From contig NC_087436.1 of the NCBI RefSeq assembly GCF_036321535.1, positions 79,548,001-79,612,000 on the forward strand: a DNA stretch of 64,000 bases, written 5' to 3'. Origin of the DNA: Camelus dromedarius (lineage: Eukaryota). The notes under the pieces were generated by a model, which was not told the DNA's origin, searched no databases, and was given only the letters and a program-made list of their open reading frames with translations. A program made the position numbers and the translations under genes. Below, one piece after another: positions 53,560 through 64,000 of this stretch (position 1 is its first letter; each line of letters begins with the position of its first letter).

Positions 53560-54410
53560 AAAAGGCAGTAATGTCATTGCAAGCTTCAGAAGTTAGCATT
53601 AAAATGAATACTTTTTAATTTCTTTGGATGAGATGGGGCTCTGGGCTCTGGGACAATGCTGATGGATGATGTTTTAATGCAGCTGAAATGTTATTTTTAC
53701 TGAACCAGGGAAAACTATAAATTTTGCTTCATTGCCACTGATGGCTCTATGCATGAAACTATGGTGGCGCCCTCGGCCGTGAATAATCACCTCGGCACGG
53801 CAGATGTTACTTTGCGGGGAAAGCAATTCTTATGCCGAAGAATTGTGGAAAGATTAATTGTCTACAGCTGTTTCATGGCCCACAGCAATCTTGATACATT
53901 TATGATAAGTTTAAGAGCTCACTAGAGGCAGCTCCTATTCCCTGTTGTGCGAAGGGGGGCAGGGGATGAAGCCAGCGGCTTTATTTTGACACCTGGATTC
54001 ATAGAATCTGTCAGCTCCATTACAGCCTTCATAGAAATCTGGCTGCTGGCAGTTCTGAAATGATTGTGAGTGAGGTAAGATGCAGGAATTATCCATACGT
54101 AGATAAAGAAAAGGAGACTGAGAAGAATTATTCAAATTTGTGCAAATGAATTGCTTCCATTTTTCCTCCCTCTGCCAAGTGGAAATTGAACGTGACCCGC
54201 TCTGACCTTTCTCTATTAAGTGCTGCAAATTGCAGTAAATGCACAGTTCTGAGTGCCCTAATGAGACAGAGCCCCAGCAATGCCTCATTAATAAGGGGAG
54301 TTTGACCTTGCTGGTCAGCCCTTCATTCGATATTGAAAAGAAATAAGAAAAAAGAAGAGATGACCCACTGTAAATTTTGAACAATACACTTGATTTAGTT
54401 TGCATATACT
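53560..54410. promoter_or_regulatory. Putative conserved enhancer-like element
   Basis: No repeat recognised; local CpG cluster at 53767-53840; many TAAT/ATTA and TTTATGA homeobox-type motifs; nuclear-receptor half sites. Conservation is inferred, not measured. Confidence 0.45.
54193..54208 (-). promoter_or_regulatory. DR4 nuclear-receptor element AGGTCA-gagc-GGGTCA
   Basis: + strand TGACCC GCTC TGACCT: two RGGTCA half sites spaced by 4 nt, with an abutting weaker half site TGAACG at 54187-54192. Confidence 0.45.
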
Positions 54411-55959
54411 CCCAGCCAGATGGTTCTCAACCTTTTTCCCTCTACTGTTTCCCTTAAGCCACAGGCTGGAAGGAGTGGTACTTACCTTTCAAGCGCCAAT
54501 GGAACGTGGCGACAGAGATGCGGGGAGTCTTGGCAAAGCCAGCGCCAGGCTGTACCTTGGGTAGAAAGGACATTCATCTCCCCCCTCCCCATCTTGTCCC
54601 TTGTAAACTGGGGCTATGAATTCTTGTCTTACCTTTTTTTCCTCTCTCCTACCTTTTCTTCTTCCTTCCCTCCTCCCTCCCATTCCCCCTCCCTTCCTTT
54701 TTCTTTTTAAATAAAGGAAAATTTCCATTTTGAATTGTGCATGTGTATATTTAAAAGAGGAATTGGCCCTCTGGTTTTTATTGTGCAGATTCAGGCTTAG
54801 ATACTTTCTCCTTGTCTGATGGAAGAAAATCTAGGGCAAGAGGTAGCATTGCATTGCTTGTTTTTGGAGAGTTACTTAACCTTATTAAGCATGGAAGGTA
54901 GTTGATAGGCGTGGGTATCAGGGCTCCTGGGTCTTCTTAAATGTCTCACTAGTTACAAACTTAGTTTTAGGCTTCCTTTAAACCAATGCTAATAACACCT
55001 CTAATTCTATTCAGGGAATTTCCTAAATATAAGGAGGCCCTATAAGCCAGTTCTTAAATTTATTTAAGTAATAACTCCTAACACATAGAGATGTATTTAA
55101 ACTTTAAGGAAGTAATTTCAAGATACAAGGTCATACCGCCTTGTAAAATCTTAATGTTTGAAGGCGTCCCAGAAGTTATGACCTCCAAACTTCTTGCAAG
55201 GCAAGGATCTGTTCCACAACGTCCCTGATGTGAAGGGAGGCTAATTGTCTCAGAATCAGACTCTCTCATTAGGGCAGCTTTGACTTGTGTGAAGTTCTTT
55301 CATATACAATATTAATGGAAAATATTGTTATCAAGTACTGACCATGTTACAAGGTCCAGTTTGAATACAGCATCTGAAACCACCAAAATGAGACGATTAG
55401 CCCACGGGAGAACTGCTCTGCCAGTTGTGTTTTTGCATTATGCTTTTGGCTTATCTGGAGGGATGGTCTAAGGATCTGCAGTCTGAAAATCTCTGTTGAA
55501 ATTATTTGGGAATATTGTTGGCGATTTCCCCTGTGGAATGTTCTTTTTATGAGGACCCACAGGGAATTTCTTTTTTGATTTTGTTTTTGAACCAGGAAAA
55601 ACTAGGCTTTTTCTTGGGAGCTGGTTTAATTTTATCTAAATGATGTGTCACTTAAACCTGATCATGTTGCCCTCATTTCTCTGGCTATCTGGATGCTCAG
55701 AACCAGATTTGTAGACCATTGATGGCAAATACACAGAATCTTGTAGCATACATTAAAAGATATTTTTCAAATTTGGTACTAGAATCTGACTCTGGTACCA
55801 AATTAAAAAATTATAGGAAGAGTATACAGTGAAAAGGAAGTCTCTCTCTTATCCCATCCCTCCAGTCGTCAAATTGTCCTTTTAGAAGGAGCCACTGTTA
55901 CCAGTTTCTGAATATTGTTTGCTTTTACAGTATAAGCTGAGATGACATAGGTTATGCTC

Positions 55960-56470
55960 TGTACTAGAGGTGATGAAGAACCATCAAGTGGTTTGAAGAG
56001 GGAAATCAAATAGACTATTCTTCGCATCGGTAGGACTCGCGGTGCTGCTGGAGCTGTGTTGCGTGGAGGTACAGACGGACAACTGGGTGGCTGCTTTTGT
56101 ATTCCAGGCAGGTGCTAGTAGAAGAGGATGGAGGTGAGATAGATTTAAAATGAGCAGGATTTGGTAATTGAATAGATGCTAAGGATGAGACAGGGAGAAT
56201 TCAAGGATGACTGACTAACTTCTAGCTTCAAACGCTATGTGGATACTGTAACCACCCTCAGGGGTAGACAGTTTGGGAGAAGATGAATTACATTTAAATG
56301 TGTTGGGTTACAAGAGCTTGAGGAGCTGAAGACCAGCAGGTGCACAGAGGCAAAATTCTGGTGCTGAGAGAAGATGCCTGAATAAAAAGATTTAGGAATC
56401 ATTAGTCTAGAGATCACAGGAAAAGCCTCAGAGGAGGACTTAAAGTGAATAGAAAGAGTGAATAGAGTGT
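55960..56470 (-). mobile_element. L2 internal fragment
   Basis: gcaggatttggtaattgaatagatg...gagaattcaaggatgact...tttaggaatcattagtctagag. Confidence 0.7.
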
Positions 56471-56927
56471 TGAAATGTGACAGACTCAGAAATATTTAAA
56501 TGTTTTGCTTTAGCCACCCTACTTCCATTGCCTGGTGCCATCTCTGGCCCACAGTTGGTGTTTAGTGAATAATGCACTGTTTAATCACTAACTGAGTGAG
56601 GTTGCAGAACCCTTCTCCACTTTCATGTCTAGATTATCAGTGTGCTGTCAAAAATATGTTTGGATGCAATCCTCTACATGAAGTATAGTCTTGGCAGAGT
56701 ATAAGGAAATTGAATTAGATAGTATTTTTAAACATTAATGTTATGTAAGTAACAGTCGTTTTTGTTTTTTTTTCTAAGCTGCTACATAATTCTAAGGGCA
56801 CATATTAAGTTTGTGAGAAGTTAAGACCCTAGAAGTAGTTTTACGTAAACCACCGCTTAGCCTCTTTCTCTAAGGATGCATTTTAAAAATGCATTTCAAA
56901 AGATAAATGAGTTTATAGTTAAAAATG

Positions 56928-57680
56928 AAATATGTTCAGTTTTAGAAGAGAATGCCAGACTGCCTTCCTAAGTGATTGTACCAATTATACACCAAGATTG
57001 TACAGGAGCTTTGTGTTTTTTGGTGCCTTTATCAACACTTGATCTAGTCAGTCTTTTCATTTTAGCCTTTCTAGTAGATGAGTGGTGGTACGCATGGCTT
57101 AAATTTACAGTTCCTGGATGATTAATGAGACTGAGAACCTTTTCGTATTTTTTGGTTATTTGAGTATCTTTATTTTGAAAAAGTGTCTCTTAAGACCGTT
57201 TTCTGTTGGGTTAATGGTATTTTTGTTACATAGCATACTCTACATCTTTCATATGCAAGCCTTTGTCAGTTATGTATTACAAGTCCCAAATATTTATCAG
57301 CAGTAGAATATTTACATAAATTGTGGTATATTCATGTAATGAAATACTATCTAGTAATGAAAATAAATGAACTTTACCTATATGTGGCAAAGTTCACATA
57401 TATTCATCCCTGGATGAATCCAGACATAAAAAAGTACATATTGTATGACTCCATTTATATAAAGTCCAAAAACAGGTAAACTCCATTCACGGTGTTAGAA
57501 GTTAGAGGAGTGGTTACTTTTGGAGACAGGGTGGGCAATGATTAGGAGGGAGCACAGGAGGCTTCCGTTTCTTGACCTGGGTAGTGGCTTCAAGGGTATA
57601 TTAATTTTTGATAATTAATTTAGCTGCATACCCTAGATTTGTGCACTTTTCTGTGTGAAATAATATATCCACAAAAAGTT
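56928..57680 (+). mobile_element. L1ME-type element with 5' inversion (antisense 56928-~57282, sense ~57285-57680)
   Basis: Antisense ORF2-end segment fused to a sense 3' segment (cccaaatatttatcagcagtagaat...gatttgtgcacttttctgtgtg); AAAAATG on both flanks. Confidence 0.7.
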
Positions 57681-58309
57681 AAAAATGGTATTGGACTGTA
57701 TAGTTTGATAAAATGTATTTGATGGTTAATTTTCCAAAACTGGAGTATAATGTTTCTAAAGAACAATGCAAACTAGAGGAATATGCAGATCTCCCTGCTT
57801 AAAAACAGGAATGACATTGAGGATGGGAATTAGGGGTGGTGAGAAGTTAGAAGTGGATGAAATCTAGCATTTTCTTAGAAAAGTGTCTCCTTATCCTGTA
57901 TTACGAGTCTTTCATGAAACAGTATTCTGAGTGACCCTGTCAGAGTTAACAGAGGCCTGGATATAAGCAGGACGTAGTGGATGGAAAGACCTAGCAGGGG
58001 GCTGAATGCAGGCTGGCTGCCTCTGATCTACCTGCTTATCCCTAAAGATAAGCACAGAAGAACAAGCAGCTTTGAAAGACAAAACTTACAGCTGTTTCAA
58101 GATGCAAAGGTATTATTATTATTGTTATTTTTTTTCTCACAAAATGAATCAGGAAATAGTTGCTCAGATAGGTTTTACATAATTAAAGAAATCCCTCTGC
58201 CTAAAGGAAACCAACCAAATCAGAGAGTGGAGTCTGGAGCAAATTCCCTGATTTTTGATGCAGTGTAAGAATTACATTAGTTTATGATTCTAATCATACA
58301 AACCTTTTT

Positions 58310-58535
58310 TGGGTGGTTAACAGTGTGGCTTCTCCAGTCAGATGCCTGGGTTCACATGTGGCTTCAGCCTTTTCCAGCTGTGTGACTGGCTGCATTATTT
58401 AATCTCTCTGCAAAGGGAGGATAAATAGAGTATCCGCCTTGCAGGGCTTTTCTGAGGACTGAAGGAGAACATGCAAGCCAGATGCTTATCGCAATGGATG
58501 CCACGTAGTAATTAGTATGAGCTATTATTGTTAAT
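58310..58535 (+). mobile_element. MIR SINE
   Basis: gtggttaacagtgtggcttct..cagtcagatgcctgggttcaca...cagctgtgtgact...gccacgtagtaa...agctattatt. Confidence 0.85.
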
Positions 58536-58669
58536 AGCGTTCATATCGATCACAGTGTGATCCTCTGATTACACTAAGGAGAGGGTCCCAGGTTGAGACT
58601 TGTCTTTAGCATGGATGTAATGCTTGTCAGTTGATCTTGTCTCAGGGCCCTGGGTTTCTCCAGTCTCTA

Positions 58670-58855
58670 GAAACCCTTTTCCCTCCTCTTGCCTTTCAGA
58701 CTTGGGGGAGGTAACGATGTCCATTGTCGTTGACGTCTGGAGGCTGCGTCATGTTTTTAGGTTTCTTTAACTTTTCACAGCTTCAAAAGCTCTATTAAGT
58801 CAAGTCTTTGGAGCATGCCACCTGTTTTGTGCCGAGATCCTCACTGGTAGATACA
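58670..58855 (+). mobile_element. LTR33-like ERVL LTR 3' part
   Basis: ctcttgcctttcagacttgggggaggtaacg...gagcatgccacctgttttgtgccgagatcc...gataca. Confidence 0.65.
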
Positions 58856-60755
58856 CCTACATTACATTTAAATAACTCTGAAAACCAATAGGGGAGTGGT
58901 ATATTTTCATTCTATTTTTAAAATTAAATTAAAATAAAAAATTAATTTTACAGGGCAGCCACAGGATATTCTAGCACACAAACAGGAAACCATTAGAGGT
59001 TAAAATGTACCATCTGGTTAATACCAATGTTATATTCTTGGGAAATATCACAGTCACCACCAAGAAGAAATGCTTTTTTCCCAGAGTAAATTGTGAATAT
59101 TGCCTAAGAAGATCATTCAATTACAGAAAATGACTCAGCCAAAGTTCTAATAAGGTAACCAGACATTAGGATTCCTGCTTAGACCTGGGCTAGATCAGGG
59201 CCAGTCATTTATTTTTAATTGCCTGCCTCTGCTAATTTTTAGAAACCTAGTGACATTATGTTAATTACCTGTTTGGGGGCAAGTAGTCAGTGTCTTTTCA
59301 CACCCAGATCATTAATTACATTTTTCTAGAAAGGGTGTTGTTCTCCTAGGATGAGGAAATGAGGAGATACTTCATCTGCTTTTCGGGTGGAGTTACTTTT
59401 AGTTTGGTATTTTGAGAAGGTCTTCGTCCAAGTCTGCAAATTGCTGCTCCCAACCCTTTGTGACTCTTTGTGATTCTGTCCCATCTCTCTGACTGCTTCT
59501 TCCAGGGAGGCTAGGTTTAGGGTGAGGCTACACCTGGCAACACTGTGAGCTCCTCTAGCATGGGAGACGTGGGGACAAGATCTCACCAGAGCTACAGACT
59601 CACGCTTCCCTGCATCCTTCTGTGCCATCTCTGAGCCAGACTGCCCTCTCTGGTTGTTCTTCCACCTGCCCAGCCCTGCTGGGCTCTGAGCATCTAATGC
59701 TAGAGGTCCTGAAAACAGTGTACCGCTGCCTAGTGGGTTGGCCATTTTGTTCTTTAACTTTTTTCCTTTCTGTTTTATTTATAAGGATCGCAATAAAAAA
59801 TTACAGACTTCACACTCTTTATTGACCAACTCAGATACTGCTTTAATTAGCCAAGGAAACAAAATCTTATTAGAAGAAAGGTGAAGACACAGGGCAGAAG
59901 GAGGTGAGGCATGTCTTGCCATGGTTACTCTCAGACGCCAGGTCCCTCACAGGAGGACGACTGCTGCCTAACATTCTGCTAGCCCGGGGCAGGGTCTCAC
60001 TTGACATGAGAAGTTTAATTCTTGCTATGCTTCTGAATTTTTTATTCCAGAAGGACTTCACAAGTAATCTATAAATTCAATTTAAGGGAATATTTTTGAA
60101 CATATTGGGCTTTCCTAGTTGTTGGACCGTCCAGAATCAGCAAAACCACAGTCTCATTCGAGATGGGGGAGGAGAAAGCAATGTCAAGTTCCCCAAATGA
60201 CATTTGTGTCTCCGCTTCTGGTGTCTGAGTGAGCTACTTCCCCCTAGAGCACCGGTGCAGTGGGATGCTGCAGGCATTTACATGAGTAAAAGGTGCCTTT
60301 GGGCAATTGTGTAAAGCTTCTTGAGCCTTTGCTGCACTAAATCGACTTGTGAGGGAGCTCAGGTAGACAGGGTTCTCTGGTTTACTGGATTGCGCTGCTT
60401 TTGTGCATGTGCGCTCCGAGTGTCAGAGGCACACACTTTGGGAAATGCTGACCTAAAGACTATGGATATGGCTATTTTATCTGGTATTTGGAATTCCCTT
60501 TACTGTAGATGCGGTGGTATCATGTTGGAAGAAGTTATTTTCAGTATTGGAGATTTGCTTTCTCACCAACTTGGCCACCAGATTCTTGGCGTATCCATTC
60601 TCACATGTGTCCCTGCAGCTGCAGACATGATCGCCTAATAGAGGATGTTATGGTACTGTGTTCTTACCAGAGATCGGCCAGTTTATACCCATCATTCTCC
60701 TCCCATCCCTCTCTCTTCTGTCTTTCCCCTCACTGCCATGGGTCACCTAATAGTG

Positions 60756-60927
60756 CAGTGGCTGTCACACTTGGGTAGGCATCAGAATCACTTGCTGGGC
60801 TCCACCTTCAGAATTTCTGATTTAGTAGGTCTGAAAAGGAGCCAAGGTTTTGCATATCTAGCAAGTTCCCAGATGCTGCTGATGCTGCTGATCTGGGGTT
60901 GGGAGTGTTACGTTTTGAGAACCACTG
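60756..60927. mobile_element. MER5A (hAT-Charlie) MITE
   Basis: cagtgg...catcagaatcac...tttctgatttagtaggtctg...caagttcccagatgctgctgatgctgctg...tttgagaaccactg; flanks TAATAGTG and CAATACTG. Confidence 0.9.
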
Positions 60928-60954
60928 CAATACTGAAACAAATTACCTGGTAAG

Positions 60955-61400
60955 TAGTAGGTTGAAAGCAATGCACATGGACTTTGGAGACATGCAGAAC
61001 TAGATTTGAATCCTGAGGTCTCTATTTAAGGTGCATACTACAGGGCAAATTTTGTAAAAATCTTTATCACTCTGTTTCTTCACCTGGGATACAGAGTTTT
61101 ACCTCTGGCCAAGATGAAGACTGAATTTATCTTCCTAACTGAAACAACTAAAAAACTGGAAAGAATTATGAAACAAAATGGTTCTGAAGACATTGGACAT
61201 CAGGCAATGAAGGAAAGTTATCCCTGAGAACTGGGAAACAGACAAGATGAGTCCTGCCATTGCTTTAGCTTTCTGCCTGGAGAAAGTAACCCAGGGAGGG
61301 GAATCCAGGCACAGTCTATTGCTCTCAAATCTCTAAATCTCTTTAATCCCAGTTCCTGCACGTGCAACATCACCTCACAGGGTTGATGTAAGGAAGAAGT
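60955..61400 (+). mobile_element. MIR split by an L1 5' fragment
   Basis: ggactttggagac...agatttgaatcctg...gggcaaat...tgtttcttcacctg, resuming acctcacagggttgatgtaagga at ~61372. Confidence 0.6.
61098..61300 (+). mobile_element. Isolated L1M (L1MC/MD-type) 5' UTR fragment
   Basis: ctggccaagatg...ctgaaacaactaaaaaactgga...tatgaaacaa...aagacattggacatcaggcaatgaagg...atccctgaga. Confidence 0.7.
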
Positions 61401-61906
61401 GATGTAATCAAAACAACACCAAAACCAAAAACCAACCAAGCAAACACTCCCAAGATTACCATATCTAAATAATTAATGCTGCTATTGATATCATATGAAT
61501 TCTTACTATGGGTAGTTTGTTATTAATATAGAGGGAGAAAAGAAAACAGAAACAGTTGTGTGGGTTATTTGGAAGTCCCTCATAAATCTGTAATGATGGC
61601 AATAAACTTCTCTTAAAATCTTTGGACTTTGTTCAAGTTTTACAAAAAGTCTGTGTGGCTTTTGAGATGACCCACATCTAATACCAATAACCAAAGTTTC
61701 TATAATCTCTTATAGGTAATATAATGATGTGCTGGCCTGTTTCTGTCTCAGTCCCTTCTGTATGCTGCTGTTGAGGTTCTCAATAAAATTATTCTCTCCG
61801 TTGCTCAGTTACAATAGGATCCCCATTTCTTACAGGATTAAATCCAACCTTCTCAGGTTGGTATTGAAAGCACTTCACAACTTGACCTCTTTTTGCTTTC
61901 CCTAGA

Positions 61907-62100
61907 CAGTTTACTGTAGAGGTTAAGAATATGAACCTTGGAAGAGGACCTCCTGGTTCTAGTCTCTCTATGTCTCAGTTTTATTCCTTGGAAACAGGAG
62001 TAATAATATCTACTTTAAAGGACTATTGTGAAGATTGATGAATTTGTGCAAATGAAGCTCTTAGAATTGTGCCTGGTTTATAATAAAAGCTCAAGAAAGT
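61907..62100 (+). mobile_element. MIR nested in L2
   Basis: gtagaggttaagaat...tctcagttt...gtaataatatctac...ttgtgaagatt...cttagaattgtgcctgg. Confidence 0.8.
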
Positions 62101-62193
62101 TTTTGTTCATTTTGCTTGTTTGTCTGCCTTTTTCCCACCTCCTCCTCTATGCCTTCCCATACATTATTTACTTCAATCACATTACTTGTTATT

Positions 62194-62593
62194 CATTATA
62201 GGCTGAATTGCACCCTTTGTCCCCAAATTCATAGGTTAAAGTTCTAAGCCCCAATACCTCAGAATATGACTGTATTTTAGAGATAAGGCCTTTAAGGTGG
62301 TGACTAAGTTAAAATGATTTCTTTATGGTGGGTCTTAATTCAATCTGTCTGGTGTCTTTACAAGAAGAAATTTGGACACACACACACACAGACCGCAGGG
62401 ATGCACAGGCACAGAGGAAAGACACTGTGAGATGGGCCATCTGCAGGCCAGGAGAGAGGCCTCAGAAGAAAGTAAACCTGCCAACACCTTGATCTTGGAC
62501 TTCTGGCCTCCAGAACTGTGGGAAATAAATTTCTGTTGCTTAAGCCACCCCGTTTGTGGTATTTCATTATGGTACCCCTTGTAAACAAATGCA
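62194..62593 (+). mobile_element. MLT1B MaLR solo LTR
   Basis: ttataggctgaattg...cccaatacctcagaatatgactgtatt...caccttgatcttggacttctggcctccagaactgtgggaaataaatttctgttg. Confidence 0.92.
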
Positions 62594-63739
62594 TTCTTCC
62601 CAAATATACTCTGTATACTTCTGTTTCCACATCTTTACTTTCTGTTTCCACATCAAGGTGTCCTATGTTCCTCAAATAATCTGTCCTTCAAAGCTGCCTT
62701 TTTGTAAAACTTCGTCTAAATCATACTTTCTCTAAAATGCCTTTTCATGTTCCTTCAGTTAGAATTAATTTCTCTTCTCTATACTTTCTTGAGCATACAG
62801 CTCGGTCCTCTATTAAAGAATATTCACTTTTGACTTCTATTTTTCATGAATTTGTGAGCTCCTGAAGGGTAGGAAATGATGCATTAAAAAATTTTTTTTC
62901 AGCCAATCAGTGCTTTGTACACAGTAGACTCTCAATAAACATGTGTTGACTTCAATTGTTTATCCAGGTGCTATGATGGCTAGTGACTGGGAATCTCAAT
63001 TATGCTTTCTCTTTACTCTTTGATAGCAAATTGAGTATGTTCTAAACTGTCGGCTCTGATAGTCATACAGACTAAAGTAAGTCAGGATCAGGGCTCGAAC
63101 ATCTACAGGGAAAACTGCGCTCACCTGGTTGTCTGAGGCTGCTGGAATCATGGAATTTTCCTCAGGTCCTTGCTAAGAGTTATCCATGCACTCACTGACT
63201 CAGTCCTCATGAGATCTAAAAGAGTCAGGCAATATTATGGTGGCAGTACTACAGGTGATAAAACTTAAATATAGGGAAGATTGATAAATATTGCAGAATT
63301 GCACAACTAAGATCTTGTAGAGCCAGAAAAAGAATTGAGAACTTTCTGATTCCAGAGCCCATGCCAGAAAGGTTGGACCCCTATGAGTCTGTGTTCGAGG
63401 GTTGAATTGTTCCACTTCTGATTTTTATTGCATTTTCTGTAGCTATGATGTTCACATTTGTCCCCAGGGAGCATCAGGGATGCCTCAGTTTCCCTTTTTA
63501 CAGTGGAGAAAAGAAAAAGATGTTTACATGAAGGATGATTAGTGAGAGGGAGGAAACATCTTCAAGTCCAAGGGTCTCTAGCTGCCAGAGGAACATTTGG
63601 CAGAACCATACAGGAAAGAAGTCCTAGTAAGGCAATATTCTATGGGGGATTGCTGCCCATTCTTGACACCTGGAGAATCTTCTCCATTGAGATATGTGTG
63701 CATCACAATGTCTTGAAAGAAGTCTTTTATTAGCAGTTA

Positions 63740-64000
63740 AACAAAGTTATGTTATGTATGGTAAAAACTCAAAATAGTACAGAATATAATATTATGAAAA
63801 GTATAAGTCCCTCCCCCAGTCCTCCTATTTCTTCTAGAGAGATTATATACATTTGTGAACATTTAAAAGAATAAACAATATACACTATACATGTATTAAT
63901 TTTCTTCTTTGTAATGACCATATACCCTTCTGCTGTGTAACCAGGCAGTGAGCAGCTATTTATCTTTGTGTACTTGTGGGATATGCCTACAGGGTAAATT
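63740..64000 (-). mobile_element. Decayed L1ME 3' fragment, runs off the window
   Basis: atggtaaaaactcaaaatagtacagaa...aaaagtataagtccctcccc...ttctagaga...tacagggtaaatt. Confidence 0.55.

Larger units (their letters stand above)
61780..62950 (+). mobile_element. L2 3' region interrupted by a MIR and an MLT1B
   Basis: ccccatttcttacaggattaaatccaacctt...; tgtgagctcctgaagggtagga...acacagtagactctcaataaacatgtgttga. Confidence 0.75.

Noticed and set aside
53755..53965. CTCF-like cores (GGTGGCGC, AGGGGGCAG)
   Set aside because: The 5' half of the CTCF motif matches poorly, so it is not supportable without PWM scoring or ChIP data.
53935..54405. 156-aa ORF on the - strand
   Set aside because: No recognisable domain; the region is better explained as a non-coding regulatory element.
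1..64000. CRISPR arrays, operons, rRNA, NUMT or endogenous viral genes
   Set aside because: No regularly spaced repeat-spacer array and no prokaryotic, mitochondrial or viral coding sequence was recognised; the DNA is mammalian and repeat-rich.

Overview
Mammalian non-coding DNA, most likely from a camelid (camel, llama or alpaca), judged from a Vic-1-type tRNA-derived SINE at about 37.1-37.3 kb and the apparent absence of Alu, B1/B2, Bov-tA or PRE-1 SINEs. I found no supportable protein-coding exon. The supplied ORFs are short and many lie inside decayed repeats. The window is a mosaic of old transposon fragments (MIR, L2, L3/CR1, L1M families, MaLR/ERVL/ERV1/Gypsy LTRs, Tigger/hAT/mariner MITEs) separated by unique stretches, some of which look like enhancers (best candidate about 53.6-54.4 kb). 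Most L1 fragments lie on the - strand, which suggests an intron of a large + strand gene. I did not find a new multi-gene system. The most notable observations are: a MER41-like LTR retaining a STAT1 GAS motif; a ~172-bp local inverted templated duplication between two L1s; an ancient L1 with twin-priming (5'-inversion) structure; and a DR4 nuclear-receptor element in the putative enhancer. Repeat family names come from my recall of consensus sequences, not a database search, and most boundaries are approximate.
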